Under the pieces are notes generated by a model. It worked only from the letters and a program-made list of their open reading frames with translations. It was not told where the DNA came from and made no database searches. 64,000 nt of DNA, from positions 407-64,406 of the forward strand of contig CAYVAT010000013.1 in NCBI GenBank assembly GCA_964449165.1. The letters are read 5' to 3'. Positions within the stretch are counted from its first letter, which is position 1, and each line of letters starts with the position of its first letter. A program made the translations under genes and the position numbers. Below, piece after piece: positions 18,351 through 27,053 of the stretch. The DNA is from an uncultured Eubacteriales bacterium. Lineage in GTDB: Bacteria; Acidobacteriota; Aminicenantia; Aminicenantales; Aminicenantaceae.

Positions 18351-19895
18351 ATGGTATCAGATGGAGAAATTGGTTTGAGACAGGAAGATAAAGTAACAAA
18401 AGAATTCTTAGAAAATATCTTAGAGAGCATGGAAGGGGGAGTGCTTACTGTAGACAAAAATGGCAGGATCACCTCGTTTAACCGTTCTGCTGAGGAAATT
18501 ACTGGTTTCAAGAGAGAGGAAGTACTGAATAAGGAATGTTGTCATATTCTTAAGACCGATCTCTGTGAAGAATTATGTCCTTTAGAAGAGATCTTAAAAG
18601 TTGGAAAGACAGTCCACAATTATGAGATTATGATTGCCAGCAAAGATGGGAATAAGGTTCCTGTAAACATAACGACTTCAGCATTACGATCCAGCAATAA
18701 TGAGATAATTGGCGCTATAGAAAACTTCAGGGATTTGACCAAACATAAAGGATTATGGGGGAAGCTGCGCCAGGAAAGAAACAAAGCACAGCAGTACCTC
18801 AACATTGCGGGAGTTATAATCATTGCTATTAATGACAAGGGAATAGTCACCCTTATCAACAAGAAGGGGTGCGATGTCTTGGGTTACAGAGAAGAAGAGA
18901 TCATCGGTAAAAACTGGTTTGATTTATGTGTTCCTGAAGCAGAGAAAAAAGAAAGAGAGGATACTTTTAAAAAAGTGATGGCAGGAAAAATACAGGAAGC
19001 TGAAGACTACGAAAACTCAATTCTGGCTAGATCTAGTGAGGAAAGGATTATCGCATGGCACAATACGACACTCACAGATGAAAAAGGTCATATCGTTGGC
19101 ACTCTTAGCTCAGGAGAAGACATCACCAAGCGCAAACAAACAGAGGAAGAATTGATCAGATCTGAAAAACTAGTCTCTTTAGGTCAGCTAGCTGCCAGCG
19201 TTGCTCACGAAGTGAATAATCCATTGGCCGGTATTATGGTTTATATCAAGCTTCTTATCAAGAAGTATAAAGAAAAGAAACTGCAGACAGGAAAAACTGA
19301 AGAGCAGCTTTTGAAAATGGAAAAAGAACTGGATAGGACTACCCGAATAATCAGAAATCTTCTCGATTTCGCCCGCCAATCAGAACCGGCCATAAGACCA
19401 GTCGAAATAAATAAAGTAGTAGAAGCCGCTTTGTTATTAGTCGGACATCAAATCAGCCTTGAAAACATAAAGCTCGAGAAGGAATTAGATACTGAGCTTC
19501 CTCTTGTTCTTGCGGACTTTGATAAAATCCAACAGGTATTGATAAACATCATCATGAACGCGATTCAGGCGATGCCTGAGGGGGGCAACTTGACAGTCTC
19601 TACATCGGTTGCTAAAAACGTTAAAATCAATCAGTTTCTCAAAGATACTGTTAGGATTGAAATCAAGGATACAGGAGTGGGAATTCCCAAAGAAAACTTA
19701 AGCAAACTTTTTACGCCTTTCTTCACTACTAAAGAAAAAGGCAAAGGTGTGGGGCTAGGACTCCCTGTTGTTCATGGAATTATTGAGCAGCATAAGGGAA
19801 AGATAGAAGTAGAAAGTGAACCCAACATAGGTACAGCATTCACGATATATCTGGAGGTAATGAATGAGGAAAAAGACAAAAATACTCGTAGTTGA
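18351..19895 (+). CDS. Cytoplasmic PAS-domain sensor histidine kinase
   Basis: Two PAS-like segments, then the H-box SVAHEVNNPLAGI and an HATPase region with N/G boxes (NAIQAM, DTGVGIP, GKGVGLGL). No TM segment. The Cys cluster ECCHILKTDLCEELCP lies in the first PAS. Confidence 0.8.
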   Translation: MVSDGEIGLRQEDKVTKEFLENILESMEGGVLTVDKNGRITSFNRSAEEITGFKREEVLNKECCHILKTDLCEELCPLEEILKVGKTVHNYEIMIASKDGNKVPVNITTSALRSSNNEIIGAIENFRDLTKHKGLWGKLRQERNKAQQYLNIAGVIIIAINDKGIVTLINKKGCDVLGYREEEIIGKNWFDLCVPEAEKKEREDTFKKVMAGKIQEAEDYENSILARSSEERIIAWHNTTLTDEKGHIVGTLSSGEDITKRKQTEEELIRSEKLVSLGQLAASVAHEVNNPLAGIMVYIKLLIKKYKEKKLQTGKTEEQLLKMEKELDRTTRIIRNLLDFARQSEPAIRPVEINKVVEAALLLVGHQISLENIKLEKELDTELPLVLADFDKIQQVLINIIMNAIQAMPEGGNLTVSTSVAKNVKINQFLKDTVRIEIKDTGVGIPKENLSKLFTPFFTTKEKGKGVGLGLPVVHGIIEQHKGKIEVESEPNIGTAFTIYLEVMNEEKDKNTRS

Positions 19896-21231
19896 TGATG
19901 AAGATATAGTAAGAGAATCACTCCGCGATTGGCTGAGCAGTGTTGGCTATAAAGTGGAAATTGCCTCCTCTGGAGAGGAAGCCCTCCGGATAATCAAACA
20001 GAAAAAGATCAAAATTATGCTTGCTGACCTCATCATGCCGGGCATGGACGGTATCGAACTGATGAAAAAGGCAAGAGAAATAGTTCCAACACTCTCAACG
20101 GTCATTATAACAGCCCATGGAACGATTCAAACAGCGATAACCGCGATCAGAGAAGGCGCTCATGATTACGTAGAGAAGCCGTTCTGCCCGGAAAAGGTCG
20201 AACTTATCATAAAGAATCTGGTGGAACATCAGGATCTGGTTGAGGAAAATATATCTCTTCGGCGGAAGATTGAAGCAAGATTCCACTTTGAGGGCATCAT
20301 CGCAAAGAGCCCCAAGATGTTGAAGATAATTGAACTTATTAAAACAGTAGCGCCGACTAATGCCACCATACTGATTATTGGGAGAACCGGAACGGGCAAG
20401 GAAGTCATTGCACGGACTATTCATCATCAAAGTCCGCGTCGAAGCAAACCTTTCATCGCCACAAGTTGCGCATCCCTTCCGGAAAGTCTGCTGGAAAGTG
20501 AACTTTTCGGCCACGAAAAGGGCTCTTTTACAGGGGCAATAGGAAGAAAAAAAGGCAAGTTTGAAGCTGCAGACAGAGGCACTTTATTCCTTGATGAAAT
20601 AGGCGAGATAAATCCCAACACCCAGATCCATCTCCTAAGAGCACTTGAGGAGAAGAAAATTACCAGAGTGGGTTGTAATGAAGAAATTGGTGTTGATGTA
20701 CGTATCATTGCTGCCACAAATAGAGATTTGAAAACTATGGTTGAGCAGGAGAAATTCAGAGAGGATCTGTATTACCGGTTGAATGTGGTAACTATAGACC
20801 TCCCTCCGCTTAAGGATAGGATGGAGGATATTCTACCGCTGGCAGAGCATTTTTTGAAGAAGTATGCTCAAGAAAATAATAAAAGCATCAAAAAATTTTC
20901 TCCTGAAATAGTAGAATTTATGCTGAATTATTCATGGCCTGGTAATGTTAGAGAGTTAGAGAACATGATCGAACGCGGTGTGATTATATCGAAGAATACG
21001 ACAATCACTCTGGGCGAACTTCCACATGAAATTATTCACCCAGCTCCTAAAGAAGGAAAAACCATCGAGGCGGTCGAGAGAAATCACATCATTAGTGTGC
21101 TCGAAGAGACAAAAGGCAATGTTTCAAAGGCAGCTAAGATACTCGGTATTCGGCGGACGACCCTTTATAACAAGCTGAAAAAATATAATTATACTGTCCA
21201 TAAATTAGACACGAATTGTCCAATTAATTAA
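19864..21231 (+). CDS. Sigma-54-dependent response regulator (NtrC family: receiver, AAA+, HTH)
   Basis: KILVVDDEDIV receiver; Walker A GRTGTGKEV; ESELFGHEKGSFTGA (GAFTGA motif); C-terminal HTH AAKILGIRRTTLYNKLKK. Confidence 0.85.
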   Translation: MRKKTKILVVDDEDIVRESLRDWLSSVGYKVEIASSGEEALRIIKQKKIKIMLADLIMPGMDGIELMKKAREIVPTLSTVIITAHGTIQTAITAIREGAHDYVEKPFCPEKVELIIKNLVEHQDLVEENISLRRKIEARFHFEGIIAKSPKMLKIIELIKTVAPTNATILIIGRTGTGKEVIARTIHHQSPRRSKPFIATSCASLPESLLESELFGHEKGSFTGAIGRKKGKFEAADRGTLFLDEIGEINPNTQIHLLRALEEKKITRVGCNEEIGVDVRIIAATNRDLKTMVEQEKFREDLYYRLNVVTIDLPPLKDRMEDILPLAEHFLKKYAQENNKSIKKFSPEIVEFMLNYSWPGNVRELENMIERGVIISKNTTITLGELPHEIIHPAPKEGKTIEAVERNHIISVLEETKGNVSKAAKILGIRRTTLYNKLKKYNYTVHKLDTNCPIN

Positions 21232-21341
21232 CACCTTTTCATTTTTTGGCCATTCTTCGGCAATCTTGTCCTTTATCATAAATCATTTATTTTTAGAGCG
21301 TTAGCGCTTTTCCTAAAAAAATTTTTGAACTGCGTCTATTT

Positions 21342-21357
21342 TGGCACGCTGCTTGCA
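21342..21357 (+). promoter_or_regulatory. Sigma-54 (-24/-12) promoter
   Basis: TGGCACGCTGCTTGCA is an exact match to TGGCAC-N5-TTGCA, about 100 nt upstream of the receiver gene at 21458 and downstream of the NtrC-type activator. Confidence 0.7.
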
Positions 21358-21457
21358 CTATAAATGAAATGAGATGACTAATTCCAATAGGATAGTCACT
21401 GTCGCCAAAGCTGTCCTGGTGGAAATTGACTAAAAAAACAAAAATTGGAGGTTAACA

Positions 21458-22252
21458 ATGAAAAAAGAAACTATGTTGGTTGTAGAAGATGAGGATATTA
21501 TGCGGGAGGCATTATCCGATTACTTCTCTGACGGGGGCCATAAAGTTGATACCGCCAATAATGGGGATAACGCATTGGAAAAATTTAATTTAGAAGATTA
21601 CAACGTCATGATAGTCGATCTTAAATTACCCGGGCGTGATGGGCTTTCCGTGCTGAAGGAGATTAGAGCGAAGAATCCGAAGGCAAAAGTTATTATCATC
21701 ACGGCTTATCCCTCGATTGATACTGCAAAAGAGGCTATACGTGGTGGTGCGCTTGACTACTTACCAAAACCTTTTGAGCTGGACTATCTTGAAACCATAA
21801 TCAACCGATCTTACGAAGTTGAAATAGTACCTACACCGCCTGTTGAAGAACCAATAGTTGAAGAGAAAATTGTAACTCCATGCATCTGGATGCAAGCTGG
21901 CTTAGTAAAAAAACGGATGTGTACGCTCGGTTATCAATGCAATAATGCGTGTAAGTTTCATGCAGCAATGATGAAAAAAGAGGAATTCAGGAATGATCCA
22001 AGGATTAAACCTTTTCTTGACAAACTTAACTCTCAAATAGGAAGGAAGCAGTGCAGATATACTATGAGTGGAGAAATTGCTCTGCGATCCTGCGATAGGC
22101 TTTACCGCTGCGAGAGCTGCGAATTTCACCAGACAATCGAGGATGAGGTAGACCGCCAACTTGCCATTAAGGCCGCAAATCAAAAAAGGAAGCAGGCCAA
22201 AATGTATGGCCGGGTGGCAACGATGCATAGTCCATCCCGAAGTGACCACTAA
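21458..22252 (+). CDS. Response-regulator receiver protein with a C-terminal cysteine-rich domain of unknown function
   Basis: CheY-like receiver (LVVEDEDIM...DLKLPGRDG...YLPKPF). The ~130 C-terminal residues carry about 10 Cys (CIWMQ...CTLGYQCNNACKFH...CRYT...SCDRLYRCESCEFH) and no recognizable DNA-binding motif. Confidence 0.65.
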   Translation: MKKETMLVVEDEDIMREALSDYFSDGGHKVDTANNGDNALEKFNLEDYNVMIVDLKLPGRDGLSVLKEIRAKNPKAKVIIITAYPSIDTAKEAIRGGALDYLPKPFELDYLETIINRSYEVEIVPTPPVEEPIVEEKIVTPCIWMQAGLVKKRMCTLGYQCNNACKFHAAMMKKEEFRNDPRIKPFLDKLNSQIGRKQCRYTMSGEIALRSCDRLYRCESCEFHQTIEDEVDRQLAIKAANQKRKQAKMYGRVATMHSPSRSDH

Positions 22253-22455
22253 ATCCGACTTGTTCCAACTACCTAACCCGTTTTGATTCGATGGCTCCTT
22301 GGTTGATTGCGGATTTAAGAAAAACATCGAGCTTATCTCATTCCCCCTGTTTTTCTAGTCTGCTTTTCTGCAGGAGAAGTGGCGGAAATAAATCAATCTA
22401 TTTGGTGCTTTCAATTCAGTGATGTTCTGTATCTTTTCTTTAAGAGTTGTTATTC

Positions 22456-22989
22456 TTATTTTCTATCTTTTTTTAGATTTTCCCTAATCATTCTTATCCC
22501 GTCAGGAGAATTGATAGGCATCTCCTTGAGCTGAGCCTTTATTTTTCTTGTGTCTAAATAGAACTTGTAGCTATTCTTTTTGTGGACATAGATTAAATCT
22601 ATTTCAGGATTCCCCAAAATAAGAGTTATGATTGTTTGTCCAATATCACCCAAAGGCTTCCGGTCGATATGGCTGTGCTGGAAATCGGCTTTGACTTTAG
22701 TCCCTTCTCCCTTTTTGGATTTTATGGAGAGGTGACCATTTGCTGCATTGGCGGCTTGTGATAAGAGAGACAGTCCTAGGCCAAATCGGCGAACCGTTTT
22801 AGAAGTGTAAAAGGGATCAAGCACCTTTTCCATGGTTTGCTTATCCATACCCATACCGTTGTCGGTGATTTCGATAGACAGAAAATCTTTCTCTTTGTCT
22901 TCTTTTATCCTTATTTCAATCTTATCGGCTTTGGCTGCCACAGAATTTTCGACGATGTCTAGAATGTGCAAAGAGAGATCTTCCATCAA
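22456..22989 (-). CDS. Small GHKL-type ATPase (anti-sigma-factor/Ser-kinase-like HATPase_c protein)
   Basis: LHILDIVENSV...ITDNGMGMD...GLGLSL are the N, G1 and G2 boxes of a histidine-kinase-like ATPase lacking a DHp domain. Confidence 0.6.
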   Translation of the reverse strand: MMEDLSLHILDIVENSVAAKADKIEIRIKEDKEKDFLSIEITDNGMGMDKQTMEKVLDPFYTSKTVRRFGLGLSLLSQAANAANGHLSIKSKKGEGTKVKADFQHSHIDRKPLGDIGQTIITLILGNPEIDLIYVHKKNSYKFYLDTRKIKAQLKEMPINSPDGIRMIRENLKKDRK

Positions 22990-23012
22990 AACCTCAGCCT
23001 GGATTATTCAGG

Positions 23013-23744
23013 TTAGTGAATTAATTTTCTCCCATCTTCATTTTTCAAGGCTTTTTTTATTTCGGCCACTGTGCCGTCCTTGAGCAAGAATGATGTAAAG
23101 CTTTTTCCGATATCATCGGGATAATGGGCATCTGAAGAGCAGGTGATCGGATAATCCTTTGAATACCTTTTCTTTGCCTCTTCGGAAGTGATTGCAGGAG
23201 AAATTTCTAAAGCATCCAATTCCAAATTATCCGGGATGAACCCCAGTTGGCCGATGATGCTGAAAGATTCTCTATCTATATGGGAGGCGATCGCTATTCC
23301 GTCGAGAGAGTGAATGATTTTGATGATTTTTTCAAGAGGAATAGTCGTAGCTCCAATCAAGAGTTTATTATTGAAACCAAGCACTTCCTCTTTTTCATTC
23401 ACGATGACTTGCATCCCGAAGGCTTCTTCATCATTTTCTCCAGGCAACTTATCATAGACATGCTCCTGCAGTTTTAGAGCGTTTTCTATTTCGTCAAAAA
23501 GTGCCAAGACATGAACTTCTTCTTGAGAGGTCACTTCCATCCCGGGGAAAACATTAATATTCATCTTCTTGGCAGCGTTCATTATGGCCAGAGAATTTTC
23601 AGATGAATTATGATCACAGATGCCTATGATATCTATTTTTTTTTTCTTTGCCGCCTTGAGTATTCTCTTTGGAGACATATCCAGTTCAGTACAGGGAGAA
23701 AGGCAGGTGTGGATATGCAAGTCCGCTTTGAAAGGTCTGAGCAT
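23013..23744 (-). CDS. PHP-domain metal-dependent phosphoesterase
   Basis: ADLHIHTCLSPC...IIGICDHN fits the PHP (polymerase/histidinol-phosphatase) His-rich motifs. Confidence 0.65.
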   Translation of the reverse strand: MLRPFKADLHIHTCLSPCTELDMSPKRILKAAKKKKIDIIGICDHNSSENSLAIMNAAKKMNINVFPGMEVTSQEEVHVLALFDEIENALKLQEHVYDKLPGENDEEAFGMQVIVNEKEEVLGFNNKLLIGATTIPLEKIIKIIHSLDGIAIASHIDRESFSIIGQLGFIPDNLELDALEISPAITSEEAKKRYSKDYPITCSSDAHYPDDIGKSFTSFLLKDGTVAEIKKALKNEDGRKLIH

Positions 23745-23747
23745 GAA

Positions 23748-24089
23748 TTAATCTTTTAAACTTATCAATTCATACAATTTACCCGAAACTTCAAAGGCCA
23801 TTTCTTCACTGCCAAGGAGGGGCAAATTTTCCTCCTTTGCTTTTTGAAGCGTGTTTTCATCAGGTTCTCGGTTATTGACTATGATTATTCCAGACAGGTC
23901 TTTCAGTTTGGCCACAGCGATAATATTCTGATGGGTCTGAAGAGTGATCCAGAGATTGTTTTCTTTGCTGTTGGCAATCACATCACTAAGAAGATCGCTC
24001 GTGTATCCACTTGTAACCTCTACATCCAACTTATCTTGGCCTGTCAAAACTTTAAGCTGTAATTTTTCAATGATCTCTTTAAGTTTCAT
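23748..24089 (-). CDS. DRTGG-domain protein
   Basis: 113 aa resembling the DRTGG/CBS-associated domain (TSDLLSDV...LWITLQTHQNIIAVA), and paralogous to 25905-26270. Confidence 0.5.
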   Translation of the reverse strand: MKLKEIIEKLQLKVLTGQDKLDVEVTSGYTSDLLSDVIANSKENNLWITLQTHQNIIAVAKLKDLSGIIIVNNREPDENTLQKAKEENLPLLGSEEMAFEVSGKLYELISLKD

Positions 24090-25462
24090 TTTATCGCCTT
24101 TCCTTTTTTGCTTGTTTTATTGACGGTAGACTTGGATTGAGTTAAAAAAGCAGATTTATTAAGCAATTTTGAAAATTCTTGGGTGAGTTTTTTTAACCTT
24201 CGGGGAAGATTGAAAATACAGTCAGTGAGTTCTGCTTCTCCTTTAACCACGTCTTCAGCAAAGGTTAAGCAAGTGGGAGCACCACATGCTCCGCAGTCAA
24301 TTTTGGGCAGTGATTCGTAGATATCCTCTTTTTCTTTTCTCTTCTTTATTGCTTTGGCTAAATCTTTATCGAGAGGTTTGAGGGGGCGGGGCTCCAGTTT
24401 TCCATCTAAGAAAAAGTATTTCTGGTTATAGAGCTTTCGTACCTCCCTGATGTCTGGACAAGCTTTTATTTGTTCGAACTCTAAGGTCTCGATCAATTTC
24501 AGAATTTTGTTGTAAGAAATATAAATATTTTGCACTGTCAAAGAGCCTCCGACACACCCTTGAGGGCAAGAATAGGCTTCGACGAAGTCAATGTTTCTCA
24601 GTTTTCCTCTTTCAATATCATCAAAGACTTTTAAGATTTCAGCTAGACCTGAAACAGCCAGGGAGTTTTTCATTCTCAAGGTTCGGCAGATGCCTCCAAC
24701 CATTGCCCATCCAATTCCCAGAATGCAGATGCTCTCCAGTGCTTTCCGGTAGCTGCCTTTTTCTATGCCTTCCATAGCCGAAAGAAGAGGTGGGTAAATG
24801 TCTGAGATAGAGATGGCTCCGTCTATGTAAGATTTCCCTCTTTCTGCAGGCTGTCTGATAGATATCATTTTCACCGGGCATGGTGTGAGATAAAAGATTC
24901 CGATCTCTTTTTCTTTAAGTTTTAGTTGTTTTGATTTTTCCTTTTTGATTTCTCGAGCAGCCAATTCTCGTGGAGTATCAATGGGTATAACTTGGTCGAT
25001 GAGGCCTGGATATTTGACCTGGATTAAACGCACGATAGTCGGACATACATTAGAAATAAGCGGCTTGGGACCCTTATATTCTCGGAGATATTCCTGGATG
25101 GCGAAACTAACTTCTCCGCAGGTAAACGCCAGGTCAAAAGCATCATCGAATCCCAGTTTTTTTAATCCGACGAGGATTTTCTCTGGCAGAATTTCTCTTC
25201 CGAATTGAGCATATAGAGCAGGAGAGGGCATGGCAACTGTGTGGCGGAATTTAGTGAGTTCTCCAAAGGGATCTGTCAAAGGGATGATGGCGTTGTGAGG
25301 ACAAACTGTGATACATTCTCCACAATCGATACATTTTTCTTCGATGATGGTTGACTTTCCATTTCTGATCCTGATGGCTTGAGTGGGACACACCCGCAAA
25401 CATTTCATACGGCCATGACACTTTTCCGGATCAATCCGGATGGAATGAAAGTATTGATTCAT
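24086..25462 (-). CDS. [FeFe]-hydrogenase-like protein with degenerate H-cluster motifs, an N-terminal 2x[4Fe-4S] ferredoxin and a C-terminal CxxCx4C..C Fe-S domain; probably sensory or non-catalytic
   Basis: CHGRMKCLRVCP and CIDCGECITVCP. H-domain motif equivalents: L1 NVCP (versus TSCCPxW), L2 TPCPVKM (versus MPCxxK), L3 EAYSCPQGCVGG (versus ExMACxGGCxxG). The C-terminus CGACGAPTC...C resembles the RnfB-type Fe-S domain. Confidence 0.6.
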   Translation of the reverse strand: MNQYFHSIRIDPEKCHGRMKCLRVCPTQAIRIRNGKSTIIEEKCIDCGECITVCPHNAIIPLTDPFGELTKFRHTVAMPSPALYAQFGREILPEKILVGLKKLGFDDAFDLAFTCGEVSFAIQEYLREYKGPKPLISNVCPTIVRLIQVKYPGLIDQVIPIDTPRELAAREIKKEKSKQLKLKEKEIGIFYLTPCPVKMISIRQPAERGKSYIDGAISISDIYPPLLSAMEGIEKGSYRKALESICILGIGWAMVGGICRTLRMKNSLAVSGLAEILKVFDDIERGKLRNIDFVEAYSCPQGCVGGSLTVQNIYISYNKILKLIETLEFEQIKACPDIREVRKLYNQKYFFLDGKLEPRPLKPLDKDLAKAIKKRKEKEDIYESLPKIDCGACGAPTCLTFAEDVVKGEAELTDCIFNLPRRLKKLTQEFSKLLNKSAFLTQSKSTVNKTSKKGKAIK

Positions 25463-25908
25463 TTTTTTTCTGTTTTATCCAGGCAGATCGTTATCTCTAA
25501 TGACGTTCCTTTGCCAGGGATTGAAGAAATTTCAAATTTATCAGCATTTTTTTTAATATTGGGAAGTCCCATGCCTGCGCCAAATCCCATCTCTCGCATT
25601 TCCTCGGTGGCGGTCGAAAAACCTTTCTCCATGGCCAAATCTACATTCTCAATCCCAGGACCTTCGTCTTCGAGCTTAAAATGAAGTTTCTCAGGAGTAA
25701 TGTTCAGAGTGAGCACACCTCTGTGAGCATACATAACAACATTCATTTCTGCCTCATAGGAGGCGATGGCTGCACGGACGATGACAGAATGGTCGATACC
25801 AATCTCCTGGAGAATTTCTTTGATACTTGTGGATGTCCTTCCTCCATTGCTGAAATCACCGCCTTTGATTTCAAAGCGATGAGATAATTTATTCTTGTCG
25901 CTCATCAT
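25459..25908 (-). CDS. Small GHKL-type ATPase (HATPase_c-only protein), paralog of 22456-22989
   Basis: LEDEGPGIENVDLAMEKGFST...GFGAGMGLPNIKK (G1/G2 boxes). The likely start is MMSDKNK, since the ORF-track N-terminus overlaps the upstream DRTGG gene. Confidence 0.55.
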   Translation of the reverse strand: MMSDKNKLSHRFEIKGGDFSNGGRTSTSIKEILQEIGIDHSVIVRAAIASYEAEMNVVMYAHRGVLTLNITPEKLHFKLEDEGPGIENVDLAMEKGFSTATEEMREMGFGAGMGLPNIKKNADKFEISSIPGKGTSLEITICLDKTEKK

Positions 25909-26270
25909 CGTTTTTTTGGGGAGAGGCCACTTACACCTGGAAGACCATGACTGAAGAGAAGGCCACAAGCTGTGTACATCATGTATTTGGTTAATAGAAG
26001 GGGGATTCTTTTTTCTCTGGCTAGCTCGATTCCCGTTTTATCTGGCTTTTTGCCCCGGACATACACAATAGCTTTGGCATCTATTATATTTGCTGTCCTG
26101 ACAGATTGAGCATTGGATAAACCAGTCAGAAGCAGAATTCCTGGTTTACCAAAAGCTAAGACATCGCTCATCAGGTCAGATCCTCCTGCAAATTTGATTT
26201 CCATGTCAAGACAGTCAATTCCGCTGATGACCTCAGCCTGAAGGAGTTCCTTGATTTCTTTTAAGGTCAT
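25905..26270 (-). CDS. DRTGG-domain protein
   Basis: 121 aa; SDLMSDVLAFGKPGILLLTGLSNAQSVRTANIIDAKAIVYVRG is paralogous to 23748-24089. It is the first gene of the minus-strand cluster. Confidence 0.5.
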   Translation of the reverse strand: MTLKEIKELLQAEVISGIDCLDMEIKFAGGSDLMSDVLAFGKPGILLLTGLSNAQSVRTANIIDAKAIVYVRGKKPDKTGIELAREKRIPLLLTKYMMYTACGLLFSHGLPGVSGLSPKKR

Positions 26271-26458
26271 TTTAGTTTTCTGGGGCGTTTCTTCTAAGTA
26301 AAGGAATGACTTTGGCTATTTTTATGTTGGCCGACGCCATATTCGCCCTTACTCTGGCTTTCTATGAATCTACCTTTTAGGAATTCATATGATAACTGTT
26401 CGGGTAGTCAGAAGTCAATATTAGTAAGCAGAGAGAAGGCATGCAAATCTAATGGGGA

Positions 26459-26893
26459 TCAGTTGCTTTTTCTTATTCCCGTACCCACATCTAGTAAGCA
26501 TATGTTTTCTGGAATATTGCAGGGATTTTTTCCATTTTGAAATCGAAGCATCTGTTGGGCAAGACGGCTGAATTTTTCTCTGAATTCTTCAAGTTCAGCT
26601 TGAGCCAGAGGCGTATCGATTTTATCAACGACATTGATTCTAGCCAGTGTATTGGTCCGATAAATCCCATTTGGATTATCCAGATCCATAGAAAATTCAC
26701 CTGCTTTCTTCGCATAAGGGAACTTCAAATAGGTCTAGGGTTCAACATGCTCACGGATATAATCGGTGCACTCATCGCATTTGAAATCTTCATAAGAACC
26801 GTCGACAGACATCATCCTCAGCTTTCCATCATAAAGATCGAGCAAACCATCTTCAGTCACAGTTCCTAAAAATCCTGTGTTTATAACACCCAT
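26459..26893 (-). pseudogene. Decayed fragment of a [NiFe] hydrogenase large-subunit gene (internal segment only, with an in-frame TAG)
   Basis: The minus-strand translation ...DGKLRMMSVDGSYEDFKCDECTDYIREHVEP*TYLKFPYAKKAGEF...IYRTNTLARINVVDKIDTPLAQAELEEF aligns with mvhA residues ...DGDIRVVDPEGKEFAKFKSREYLNHIEEHVEPWSYIKFPYLKGVGW...VYRVAPLARLNASDGMATPLAQVEYEK. The stop at 26735-26737 replaces the conserved Trp. There are no N- or C-terminal metal-binding regions. Confidence 0.65.
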
Positions 26894-27053
26894 GGATTTA
26901 ACGACTTCCAAATATTATATTAGGCCGAACAAATATCTTCACTGATCCTGGGTGACATTATTCAGGAATCAAAAATGTATTTAAACTTGCTTTTTTGCTG
27001 GAAAAAAAAGTAAAATGAGAAAAATTAAATCATAAAGAAAAGAAGGAGGAAGA

